From Macrostomum lignano (lineage: Eukaryota), in contig NIVC01004516.1 of the NCBI GenBank assembly GCA_002269645.1, positions 1-43,546 on the forward strand: a stretch of DNA of 43,546 nt. The letters run 5' to 3'. This document shows, one piece after another, positions 1 through 12,121 of this stretch (the first letter of the stretch is position 1; every line of letters begins with the position of its first letter). The position numbers and the translations under genes were made by a program. The notes beneath the pieces were generated by a model, which had not been told where the DNA came from, ran no database searches, and was given only the letters and a program-made list of their open reading frames with translations.

Positions 1-1104
1 TCGGGTGCTCTCTCTCATGTGTGTGACCGAGACCTTTTTCATGCTCATGTTAATAAATTATAATGCGGCTACGCATGGAATCAAGCTATAGGGACTACTC
101 TCTATCCCCACTGGTTAATAAAACTCACTGATGATGATTGGCATTGTTGAATGAAACATATACGTATAACCCTGCAGCGTGAACAATGTTCCTTAATTTA
201 TTTATCATCTTTCCTAACGTACGTACAGTATCAATCATATTTTTGCCGTTACCAGAAAACTGCGGATCGCACAGCGCAGATGAGAATTATGAGATGGCCA
301 AGGTGACAGACACAAAAGACTGGAATTCAAGAGTTCGTTCGATCAATTAATTTTTCTTAATAACTTAATTCTTAATTCTTAATTCTTAAAGCTATTCTTA
401 ATAACTTGATTGAATTCAACTAGTTTATTAAGTAAATTTGCGCTGATCTGTGCATGTAGACACGCAACTACACATTAACTTTCTGCTTGAGCTATCAGTC
501 CACATGTACATTTAGGTCTTTATTCCTAAATCATATGTTTAGCTATATAGTATTCATCAAATACTGTACGAGTATATTCATGAAGACCGGCCATGCAGAC
601 GGGCATGCAGACTTTATAACCAAAGTTAACTATTTTCTCGAGGTTCAACTCAGTTCATTTAAAAGGAATAAATACTTTTTAGATTCTAAAATCAGTTAAA
701 AGTTCGCAGCCTAAGTAGCTGTGCGCCTAAATCTTCGGGCTTCAATCTACATGTAGATATAAAGCAAATAATCTGCTTTTAATATTTCAGCCCTGGCGTA
801 TCGTTGTAAGCGCGACAGATGTAAACGAGAGTAAATACCAGCGCATTGCTTTTTATCTCTAGTCTCAGTCAGTGATTGCATGGCATTCGGCACGTTTTAC
901 CGTGCATCTCTTTAACGGATCAACTGTTTTAAAAACACTGCGCTACCATATATATATATAGCTTATATTGTTTATATACATCTTTTACCGTCTATATATC
1001 GGGGTTGTCAAATTGTTTACCGCGAATTCGCAACCAATTTGAATTCAGAGTGTCGTGAAAATTTCTAACGAAAATCGCTGTTGCTGCACGAGGTAACTAT
1101 AAAC

Positions 1105-1108
1105 ATGG
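1105..1108 (+). CDS. Putative first coding segment (ATG+G) of the M13 gene
   Basis: aaacATGG|GTAAGT is a good initiation context followed by a perfect 5' splice site. G+CA gives GCA, in frame with the large exon from 1967. Confidence 0.65.
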
Positions 1109-4100
1109 GTAAGTCAGCTATGAGAGCTTTAAAATGAATATAAATAAATAATTTTAATACAAATATTTTTTTGTTTGAGACTAAACATAGTATGCGCGTA
1201 ATATCCCATCTGAAGCCTAGCTTTCGACTTCTTTCTCCCAAGCGCCCTGGGTGTCTCTCTCCCTAGCGCTTTGAAGGTTCGTCGCCTTCTAGCTTTATTT
1301 TCTTAGTTTCTAGAGTCTCTTATTTTCTTTAAGTGCCAGTCTTCTGTATACTGTAGCTATCCAAAATCCACCGCCTTCTAGATTTCTAAGATTCTTTGTC
1401 TTTTTGATGTACAAGGTCCTCTTCTGTCTTCTAGATTTACAAGGTCCTCTTTCTTCTAGATTTACAAGGTCCTCGATCTGTCTTCTAGATTTACAAGGTC
1501 CTCTTTCTTCTAGATTTACAAGGTCCTCTTTCTTCTAGATTTACAAGGTCCTCGATCTGTCTTCTAGATTTACAAGGTCCTCTTTTTTACTCTAGATTTA
1601 CAAGGTCCTCTGACTTCTAGATCTACTAGGTCCTCTGTCCTCTAGATATACAAGAACCTCTGTCTTTTAAATGTATGAGGTCCTCTGTCTTTTAAATGTA
1701 CAAAATCATCTGTATTTTAGATGTAAAAGGTCCTCTGTCTTCTGGCTATCAGTTTTCCAGCATCCACTGCTTTTTGGGGGAAAGCAGTTCCAGGGCTCCT
1801 TAAACATCCTCCATTTTTTTCTGGCTCCTGGTCTTTGGCACTTTCATACTGGATTATTTTCCATACTTCTGCTTCCCTTAAAAATCAAACGTTGCAGTAC
1901 ATCTCTTTGAAATGGCGTCAAGACGAATATATATAACAAAAAATGATTATTTTATCTTTATCACAGCAGGCAGTCCCGCAGTTATTATTGCACTGGCCCT
2001 GCTGTTGCTCCTTAAGCCGGAGTCAATCGCCTCGGCAGCTGCGTCTAGCTCTCAAAAATCTTCGCCTCTCGACACAAAATGTCGCAGTCTAGAGTGCCTG
2101 AACCTGGCCGCCGAGATTGTCGGCATGATGAACCAGACGGCCGATCCGTGCACTAATTTTTACAACTACGCTTGCGGCAATTTCCCCCAGCTGGTTCGAT
2201 ACAACCATGCTAAAGCGCACGTGGGCGATTCGTTCGCCACGACACTATTTGAAGATTCTCTGAGCGTCATGGGCGAACAACTAGAGCGGAACATGTTCGA
2301 GATGTTAATCATTGACCGTGAGATCAGCGAACCCGACTCCGACATCAACCAGTTGTACAATTTCACCCGGCTACTATATCGCAGCTGCGGCGAATTTATG
2401 CAACAAAGTCGAGTTGGCGACGACGACAGGAATCGCGACATATCGGTCGAGTTCTTCCGTGATGTCTACCAGCACTTGATGCTGTCTATTGATCCCATCC
2501 TGCGTCCAGCTGGAAGCTTCGAGTCTGTTCTGGCAGCCCTGACAAAAGCTGGCGGCAGCGGCGTCCTAAATGTGAAGTTAACCTCCTCGATAGCATTGCA
2601 GCTGTTGACCGCGGACGACCAAAGCGCCGAAAATCTAACTAGAGCGTCGATTGAAACGAACGATAGGTACTACAGCTGTCGGCCAGTATATGCTCCGTTT
2701 ATTGATTTCTTCTTAGAAAATCAGATTCCACAATCCCTAAGTTTGGCTAATCAGTCAGATCAATTTGGAGATTTGGAGAACATGCTCACCTGCTCCTCGG
2801 TTGATAGCGATGGTCGCTCCGTTGTTGAAGTGAAGTTCGATAATTGTAACTGTACCGTATTGAAAGGCCAGACGGAGTTCACCATTGCCGAGTTGGACGC
2901 TTTGAGTCGCTGCGTTCAGCCTGAGAACCCTTTCTTATGGAGCCGCTTTTTTAAAAGCTTACTTCACGCGGATATAAGCAACAATACTTTGCTGCAGGTT
3001 CGCTCAATCAAGGCAGTAACAGTCATTGTCAACTACTTCAAAGAGTTGCCGCTTTACACAACCATCGGAGAAAAATTCAACGAACGCGTTTCATTCCTTG
3101 TGTTCGACTGGATGATGAATTTTGCCGACTTCCTGCCTAGAAAGCTGCGAAAATCCTGGCAGTCGATTGGCAAAACGATGAACAGTTTCAGGCGCTTAAC
3201 TGACGACGTCGTTGGTGGTTGTTTGCTTCTAGTCAAACAGCAGATGCAGCCCATTGTGGAGCGAATGTACGAGAAAATCTATCACCCAGCTGGCTCCTTT
3301 GAAGACGTGAAGAATCTGCTGCACCTACTGAAGACAGCTTCCATAGACAGCGTCAAACGCCAGGACTGGATCACTCGGTCTGCTAAAGAGGCCATTGCCG
3401 GCAAGATTCGGCACATGCAGCACAGCATCGGAACCCGGCAAGTCACTGCAGGCAAATTGAAATTGTTCTACAACTCGACTCTGCGAGCGTTCAACTCTAC
3501 CGACCTGTCCGATGGCCTGCGCGACAGTTTTGGCAGCCTCTTCACCTTAGCTTTATGCGCCGAGGCTCGCAAAAACTTTGATTTGATCGCCAGTAAATCA
3601 CCGATAAGCATATTTATGGCGATCAATCCGCTAGAGGTGAATGCGTTCAACTTTCAGCAGAAGAATCGCATCATCTTCCCTATGGCTATCCTTGCACCGA
3701 GGGTGTATCACAAGAGCTACCCGGTTTACTTGAAGCTTGGCAGCCTCGGTTATATCATTGGACACGAAATTGGTCACGGTTTCGACGACGAAGGTCACGA
3801 GATCAATCGACGCGGCGCCTCTGGCCACTTCTGGGACCGCCAGACGGAGGAGGCCTTCCTAAGTAGGATGGATTGTGTGAGGCGAGAATTTTCCAACTAT
3901 ACTCTGTACCCGGGCGGACCGTATCTTGACGCCGATTCCAGCCTAGGCAACAACATCGCCGATCTGATTGGCATTCGAGCAGCCTACTTTGCTATGCAAC
4001 TGACCAAGCCTAAGTCGCCGCCACTTGGTGATGGAGGACGTTGGACCGGAAACTGGAAGCAATTACCAGGCCTGAATGTCGACTTTAGCGAGGAGCAGTT

Positions 4101-4290
4101 ATTTTTTATCCAGGCCGCTCAGTCCTGGTGCTTCAAAGCCGAGCCGGAGAGCATGGCGGAAAAATTCGGCGGCGCTACAACTCACGCGCCGCACGCTGTT
4201 CGAGTTGACGGCATAGCGCGTCATACGCCGGAATTTGCTGAAGCGTTTCAGTGTCCAGCGTCTGACAGGAAAAAGTGCACCTTCTGGTGA
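1105..4290 (+). CDS. M13-family (neprilysin/ECE-like) metallopeptidase, probably secreted; model join(1105..1108,1967..4290), 775 aa
   Basis: The ORF 1912..4290 has the M13 N-terminal Cys motif (C..L.C..LA..I...MN.TADPCTNFYNYACG), VNAFN, IFPMAIL, GHEIGHGFDD (HExxH at 3763..3777), GNNIAD and HAP..RV.G. A strong acceptor (ttttatctttatcacag|) at 1966 matches in phase with a consensus donor aaacATGG|gtaagt at 1105..1114. Confidence 0.9.
1376..1743. repeat. Minisatellite of about 25-29 bp units, core TTCTAGATTTACAAGGTCCTC, in the putative M13 intron
   Basis: About a dozen copies of ctagatttacaaggtcctc with variable ttc/gatctgtc spacers, degenerating at both ends. Confidence 0.9.
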
Positions 4291-7200
4291 TTTTTAAATA
4301 ACAGCTAGTGAACCAGTTAACCTATGGAAGTTTGAGATTGACAAATCACACTTTGATTGTCAATGCAGTGTACCTGTTCTAACAATAATCTATGAATTTC
4401 ATAATGAAATTGAAATTGTTGCTCACAGATAGTCTAAAAACTCCTGCACGTTCTATATTTGCTCATAACTGATAGAGTTTTACCTAGTCAATATTTACGT
4501 TCGTATCTGATATTTTTATTGATTATTTGACTTTTCACTTGCAAATAATTGCATCTGTGTGATTCAGTAAAAAGATAACTAGTTATTTAAAATCATGTGT
4601 TTTGATTTAGAGCTACTACTAATTTGCTACACCTTTCTTTGAAATATTAGAAAAAATTATAATTAATTATAACAAAACATTTTAACCGAAATAAAATGAG
4701 TAGTATAAGTTGAAAATTATCCACCATTTGCTATAGGATTTTTGATTCGCGTATTAAAAAATTACAGCTTTTTTTTAAATCGGTTTTTATAATATTCCTC
4801 GGACAGAATCCATTTGGCCGTATAGTGATTTCGCGTAGAATCGTCAGATAATCTTTTCTCTTGATAAAATCTTTTAGGCCCAGCGCATATTTTTACGTGT
4901 ATATACCGCGCGGAGGGGATTTATGGGGTAGAAAATTAATTACTCTTAAGTGCTGGACATAAATCGCAATAGAACCTGCACTTCTGATTCGGTACCTCTT
5001 TCGGCAATTGCATTTCTATCGTTTTTACCACTCTCAGGCTCCTATATGTCAGCCGACAGTACTCGTATAAGCACAATCCAATCAATCACGATTTTATAGC
5101 AGGTGCTGATGATTTTTTTGACAGCCGGCGGCCTTGCGTGCTGGGCCTCTTGGTTGAAACGGTGCATATGGGCCTAATTCTACAGGAGCTATTATAGGCC
5201 CGAATTTTTAACATTACCAAGGCTGACTACTTGCAATTGAAGTCGATGGGTCAAGCAATCTACACTATGTTAACTGTAAACGTTTTTGATAATATTGTTG
5301 AGTGGGTTCAGCATATCGATTTTCTACCCACAGCCCAGTCGAATTAAATCAGCTTTTTCTATCGACAGAAATAATAGCGCCACCTATCACAGTTGGGCTT
5401 GAGTTTTTAGAACAGCGGGTTATCGATTATCCATCACCAACTCACTCCCCAGCTCCTGCGCTGACTTGTGCGCTCTTATTGACGCCCTGTGCGCGTGTGT
5501 TGGGTTACAGGGGCTAGAATTGATCGATTTTCTGGCCGGGGCTCTTCAACCCATTCCACATGTGCTTGGTTTAGAAAATTATCGATACTAGTATTTAATT
5601 GACGGTGCCTTAATTAACCCTCAAAAGTGTTCCTTTCCATCCCGTTAATGCACATCTTATCATATTAAAAGCTATTGGCATTGAATAAATAACCATACTA
5701 GCGTAGCCTACCTTCATCCACACTATACCAAACTCACTATACTTAACTTTAACACCGGGCCACCTTATAATTATAAATGCATTAAATATATAGTTACAGG
5801 TATGGGTGTTCGGGAGGGTGGAGCAACCGAGAAATAAACGAGGACTATAATTTATAATTATAAATCCTGGGATCCGAAAATCCCGGGATTGACCATTATG
5901 ATCCCGATCCCGCTTTCAATAATTTAATAATTCATTTTCGAATAGTAGTATCTGGAGCTGAGATGCTTGTCAGGTGAAAATCATAACCCAGTTGTCCTGC
6001 TTCGATTTAGTAATCTTTGAAGCAAGCAGGGGCTAGTGAGTAGAAGGCTATGGGGCTGCGGGGATGCAAAACTGTATCCCTGCTGTAAGCTGTTAGCAGG
6101 TCATAAGAGTATTTAAGGTATAATAATGTTGAACAACTTCAAGCAGTCCCTACCTTCAAAACTACTTGGCCGTTTCGTTGGGATTAGAACAGTTGGGATC
6201 TTGCTATCCGACCACAACCAAAGCTACCAAATTTCCATCTAGGATGGGTGCCCCTGGGAGGGTGCAATGTCTGATCCCCTTCTACCCTGGCATCAGTACC
6301 TCGAGCCATAGCTCTGTAAGCTATCATTCCCCAGATTACATGACAATCAAGAGTGATTTTCCTGAGCTGATTGTGGCATTACGCCAGCCCAAATCACCTT
6401 TAAAATCAGGTTAGATGGCTTCGTAGACCAAAATTGCACTCCCTCGTAGTTGTAGACAAGAATTCCAGAAAGTGCTTGAAAATTTTTGCGGCAGTGTTTT
6501 ACTGGTTAGAGCTTTAAAACAGATCGAATAATTTCATCATAGTGTGACTTTAACAACGGAAGTTCCTCCCCACTGACTGAAAAGTGCGTCAAACAGCTGT
6601 CAACGGTTTCAATTGCGATAACCTGAAAAACATTAGCTGGTTTTTGGACTAAAAGTTGCCAGAAATGATTGATGGATTCTTTCCGGGATGCTAATCTTTT
6701 TGGTGCTAAAAGCTTTTTTACTGGCGAATATCACAGGAGGGGCTGGCCAAACTGAACTTCGGTCACAATTCAGTTCATTAAGGCTCCAGAGAGAGATTTT
6801 ATTTGAGAGAAATGACACCAAAGTGTGAGAAATTTTGAAGATTCAGAAGAAGCAGCGTTTCACAAGCTCATAATTTCTTTATGTCGAAGTCGTGAAGTTT
6901 CGAGCAAGCGAACATGACTATATCAAGTCTTTTGATGATGAGAAGGTTCGAACACGTGAAATTTTCGAGTCTAAAGCTGAGTGTGTGGAATGTCGAGCTT
7001 GTGCAAATGACGCATCGAATGACCCAGACAGATTGAAAAAGACGGAGTGTGTTGGTAAACAATCTTCTGAACTTTCACACTCTTTCTCTTGAAGTCCTGA
7101 AATCTATTTTTTTAAACAGAGTCGTATTTCCAGACTCTGTCCAAATAGTTTTACAAAATTAGAATTAGAATTTTGTATTTGCGCTTGAATTAAATCGATT

Positions 7201-7823
7201 CGCATACCACACTTGGTGTGCCTGTTTGTTCAAGAACTCATATTCTATTCTAGATCAACACTCTCTGTGTCCTCTATTTGTCCAACCAATCCAAGCACCA
7301 ACTATAGCTGTCTCTCTACTCTCACCGTTATACGCTTACAGTTCCTCTTGACAACGGTTGCTAGCGACTCAACTCTGAAATCTATTTGTCAAAGTAATTG
7401 GTACTTGACGCATCTCGACTCGCTAGTGTGCTGTAGAGACTTCTCTCTGTCCTGTATAGTTTTAGCACACGAATTTGTCTGACTCCGGCTATACTTCCGC
7501 TCTCTGTTATCATCTGAGTCAACAATTAGCGGGATTAGTTGGAGGAGGTGATTAATGTCCACTGCGGGGCGAGAGCTTCCCGTATACAACCCACTTCTAA
7601 CTGTCACTCATTTGCATAGTCACGTTGGTAAGCCGTTCTGTTCACTATTAATTCCTAGCTAAAACTGTAATGCATGCAGATAATGTGCTATACAACACGG
7701 TGCAATATTGACATCTGTCCAGCATCCTTTGTTGTCATTGATTAGTCGAAAAGCTAAAGGATCACCCTTAATACCTGCTCATTATAGGAGTCGCATTGAG
7801 AACATAACAAGACAAAAAACCCA

Positions 7824-8865
<1,042 letters not shown>

Positions 8866-9282
8866 CTTTCTTGCTCTGTTGTCTGGCACGGCTGTCTAAA
8901 ATTTCAATCAATTTCAAATGAGTTCGAGATTTTCTAAAACTCCAATTGGAATTCTACAGGAATCTGCGCAACCCACCAAAACAGGGACTGGATATTGATT
9001 AATGCAACCGCATGCGCTGAAATGCAAAAGACGCTTGAAATTTCGAATAGCAAAATGCTACAAATCAGGTGGAGAAAAATTATGCAACTTTTTTCTTCAA
9101 GTAGGAGAATTCAGGTCCAATAAATTGGTAGGATGATACGAGCTACAGCCAAGCTGCTGCACCATGCCATTTTTCGAAGGATTGGATACTTTCTGGGACT
9201 AATTGGTATGTAGAATTATACAGAATAGAAAAATGCTACAACTTTATCTTTTCGTTTTACTAGAAGGTCTTGCCGCTTCTCC

Positions 9283-9725
9283 ATCCACGTCCTCCTCCTC
9301 ATCCTCATCCACTCCGACACCTTCTCCGCCTCCATCTCCACCTCCCTCTCCGTCTCCCTCTCCGTCTCCCTCTCCGTCTCCCTCTCCGTCTCCATCTTCG
9401 AATACATCTCCGCCTCCATCTCCACCTCCCTCTCCGTCTCCCTCTCCGTCTCCATCTTCGAATACATCTCCACCTCCCTCTCCGTCTCCCTCTCCGTCTC
9501 CCTCTCCGTCTCCCTCTCCGTCTCCCTCTCCCTCTCCCTCTCCCTCTCCGTCACCCCTCTCCGTCTCCCTCTCCGTCTCCCTCTCCCTCTCCGTCTCCCT
9601 CTCCCTCTCCCTCTCCTTCTCCTTCTCCCTTTCCGTCTCCCTCTCCGCCCCCTTCCGTCTCCAACTCCGTCTCCGTCTTCATCTCCGTCTCCATCTTCAC
9701 CTTCTCTCCTTCCCCTCTCTCTCCC
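9283..9725. repeat. (TCTCCG/TCTCCC)n hexamer array with an internal duplication of about 60 bp
   Basis: Directly visible; the segment ccatcttcgaatacatctcc occurs twice, near 9391 and 9451. Confidence 0.95.
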
Positions 9726-10555
9726 CTTTATTAGGGGCAATTCTGAGGTGAGCTTCAAATATTCTGTCCCAAAACAAACATTCAGGTTTTTCTGATCGAC
9801 GTTCCCTCTTTGAAGATTTTATAGTCTGACCTCCCCCAAGCCTTCACTGCAGTCACGCTCAGTGGCTGAGCTAGGCATTGCGTTTTGCCTACTAACTACT
9901 GTTGGTTGCCATGCCAACCGTCACTTGAAGTGCTTTTAATCTAACAATACGTGTAGCCGTATTAGCTAAGGGGAAATTAATAATTCTTGCTGAGCAAATG
10001 ACCGCCAAGGAACGAAGAAAATCAATTTAGAATTTTTTCCAGAGCCTAATGGGTTTGCACCCCGTCGTGCGTTTTAGGGGGGGAAAAGGCCTTTCTTTCA
10101 GGAAGGAAACAAGCCAGGCCAAAATGTGCGCGCATTTCCAAAGGAATTGAAGTGCACTTGGTCTCGCCTAGCAGACATGTGAAAGATTGCACTGCGGGCA
10201 GGCAATGCCGCTTGCTATCGGCCTTGATCTGACATTTTAACTTCTTGGGAAGGAGTGACTATGTGCGTTTGGCACCTGCGGTATCGGTCCCTGCTTATTC
10301 TCAGCCTGTCTCTCTCCCCACGTCTCTCTCCCACCCTCTCCCGTCTCTCTCTCTTCGTCTAATCAACCAGTCTCACTTTATCCATATACATGTATGTCTC
10401 ACGTCGCCTTTCTGTCACTCTCTATAGTCTCACCTATCCGTGACCCCGTCTCAATACCAGTCTCACCCCAATTCAGTCTTTGCCTCATTCCGTCCTACTC
10501 ATAGTCTCACTCCGTTTTTTCTTCTTAATCTCACCCCTTCTTCAGTCTCACTCCG

Positions 10556-10820
10556 TCTCGCTCCAATCTCACCCGTCTCTTTCATGCAGTCTCCCCCGTC
10601 TCTCTCGCTCCAATCTCCCCCGTCTCTCTCGCTCCAATCTCACCCGTCTCTCTCGCTCTAATCTCACCCGTCTGTCTCGCTCCAATCTCACCCGTCTCTC
10701 TCGCTCCAATCTCACCCGTCTCTCTCGCTCTAATCTCACCCGTCTGTCTCGCTCCAATCTCACCCGTCTCTGTCCTCCAATCTCACCCGTCTCTGTCCTC
10801 CAGTCTCATCCCGTCTCTCT
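10556..10820. repeat. 24-bp minisatellite (CTCGCTCCAATCTCACCCGTCTCT)n within CT-rich DNA
   Basis: About 9 tandem copies; translates as LQSHPSLS/RSNLTRLS repeats in the ORF track. Confidence 0.92.
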
Positions 10821-12121
10821 CCCAGTCATTTCGTCTCTCTCCTAGCCTCACCTAATCGTCAACCCCTCTCAATACTAGTCTTACCCCCCTATTTAGTCTT
10901 AGTAACATCCCGTCTTACTCTTAGTTTCGCTCCGGGTCTCTCCTAGTCTCAATGTACAAGCTCTCCTGCCTTCATGCACAATCAGAAAAAATGCAACAGT
11001 AGTTATTCGGTTGGGCCCACTTGATTGCCTCACTGTCCGTCATCACAGGCTTTCAATAGTAGTAGTGCAAGAATTTCTTGGCCCATCAGCATTTTTGTGT
11101 AAGGCACAGTGTACAATGTACAGGTTTGTTTTTTTATCTACGGGCCTACTGGCCTACCTCGTAAGGAAAGAAGCAACGCGTCAACTGCACCAATGGTTAA
11201 GACATCCAGTTTTCCTATCTCTCGTTTTCTTCCACATATAGGAACACTGTATTCGGTTTTAATTAATTTCTTTTGCCTTTCATGTCTGCTACGCAAAAAT
11301 CTAAGTAAGGATGAACGCCCATCAAGAAATAATTGCAGGATTGTGAGGTGGCGTTCGTTAAACATTAAGGATGGTTATGCAGATTGGTAGTTGTAAAGAC
11401 ACTGTGAATTGTACCTGTAGATTGACAAGATACGATAACTATTTGGGATTATGAACTCAAACGTCTCAGCTCTCCGACGTCACTCTTAAACTTCAATTGA
11501 AATTTCCTCCGTAAGGTGGGGTTTTGAAGTTAAAAAATCACCATTTAAAATTGAAAGTCATACATTGTATGAGAATTGGGTAGTGTAAAATATTCTGACC
11601 CGCCAAAGTGTGCCTATTGTCGATTGACTTTAACCATTTACCGTCAGTCTTTGGTGAGGATTTTTTTGGTTAGACTCACAGTTCGGGGTTGGTGCAGAGG
11701 GTCAGAGGATTACAGCTTACTATATCCACATTTAGTTTGCATAGCTTCGGACCATATACGTGCGCTAAGGATCGGGGTAGTGGTTACTACTTACTGCAGA
11801 ACATGCTGTGCCGTTCAGTGTCCCTCCCAGTAGCGCGCAAGCAATTTACAATTACCAAACACTTCACCATGCATGGCAGGCCGCGGGGGGGGGGGAAGAG
11901 ATCGTCCCTTCCCAAATGAAGGCACCAATGTGGTAGAAAAATATTCCCCACTATCCCAGATACAGCCAGTCATGTGAGGCCTAGCAGTCAACTCCCCACC
12001 AAACGTTTCCTCTGGCTTGAATATTTATCCCGTTCGAATTTCCCCGCTCGCTGAGAGTGCAAATGCGGATAGCACTTCCACTGAGTCCTTAGTTTTATCT
12101 GCGTCGATCAACTGCCTATCA

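Noticed and set aside
127-180. CTGATGA...GAAAC hammerhead-like core near the window start
   Set aside because: Stem II does not close at its base and no stem I partner lies next to the core.
1912-1966. ORF-track start MASRRIYITKNDYFIFIT for the M13 gene
   Set aside because: It runs through an AT-rich polypyrimidine tract and acceptor; the spliced ATG at 1105 is a better explanation. Not formally excluded.
5310-5590. Cluster of ATCGAT words including one TATCGATA (DRE-like, 5580..5587)
   Set aside because: No nearby transcription start evidence and no support for DREF-type regulation here.
5866-5912. ctgggatcc/cccgggatt/gatcccgatccc motifs resembling a DNA transposon end
   Set aside because: Too short, with no matching second terminus or TSD.
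6166-7092. Short ORFs and moderately GC-rich DNA that might be a gene or transposon relic
   Set aside because: No recognisable domain in the frames I read and no consistent splice chain.
9203-10845. Extensin- or mucin-like SP repeats, ER repeats and RSNLTRLS ORFs
   Set aside because: Open in several frames on both strands, as expected from simple repeats.
12017-12121. N-terminal extension of the GPCR from a TTG
   Set aside because: A non-ATG start is unlikely in an animal gene; ATG 12122 already gives a normal glycosylated N-terminus.
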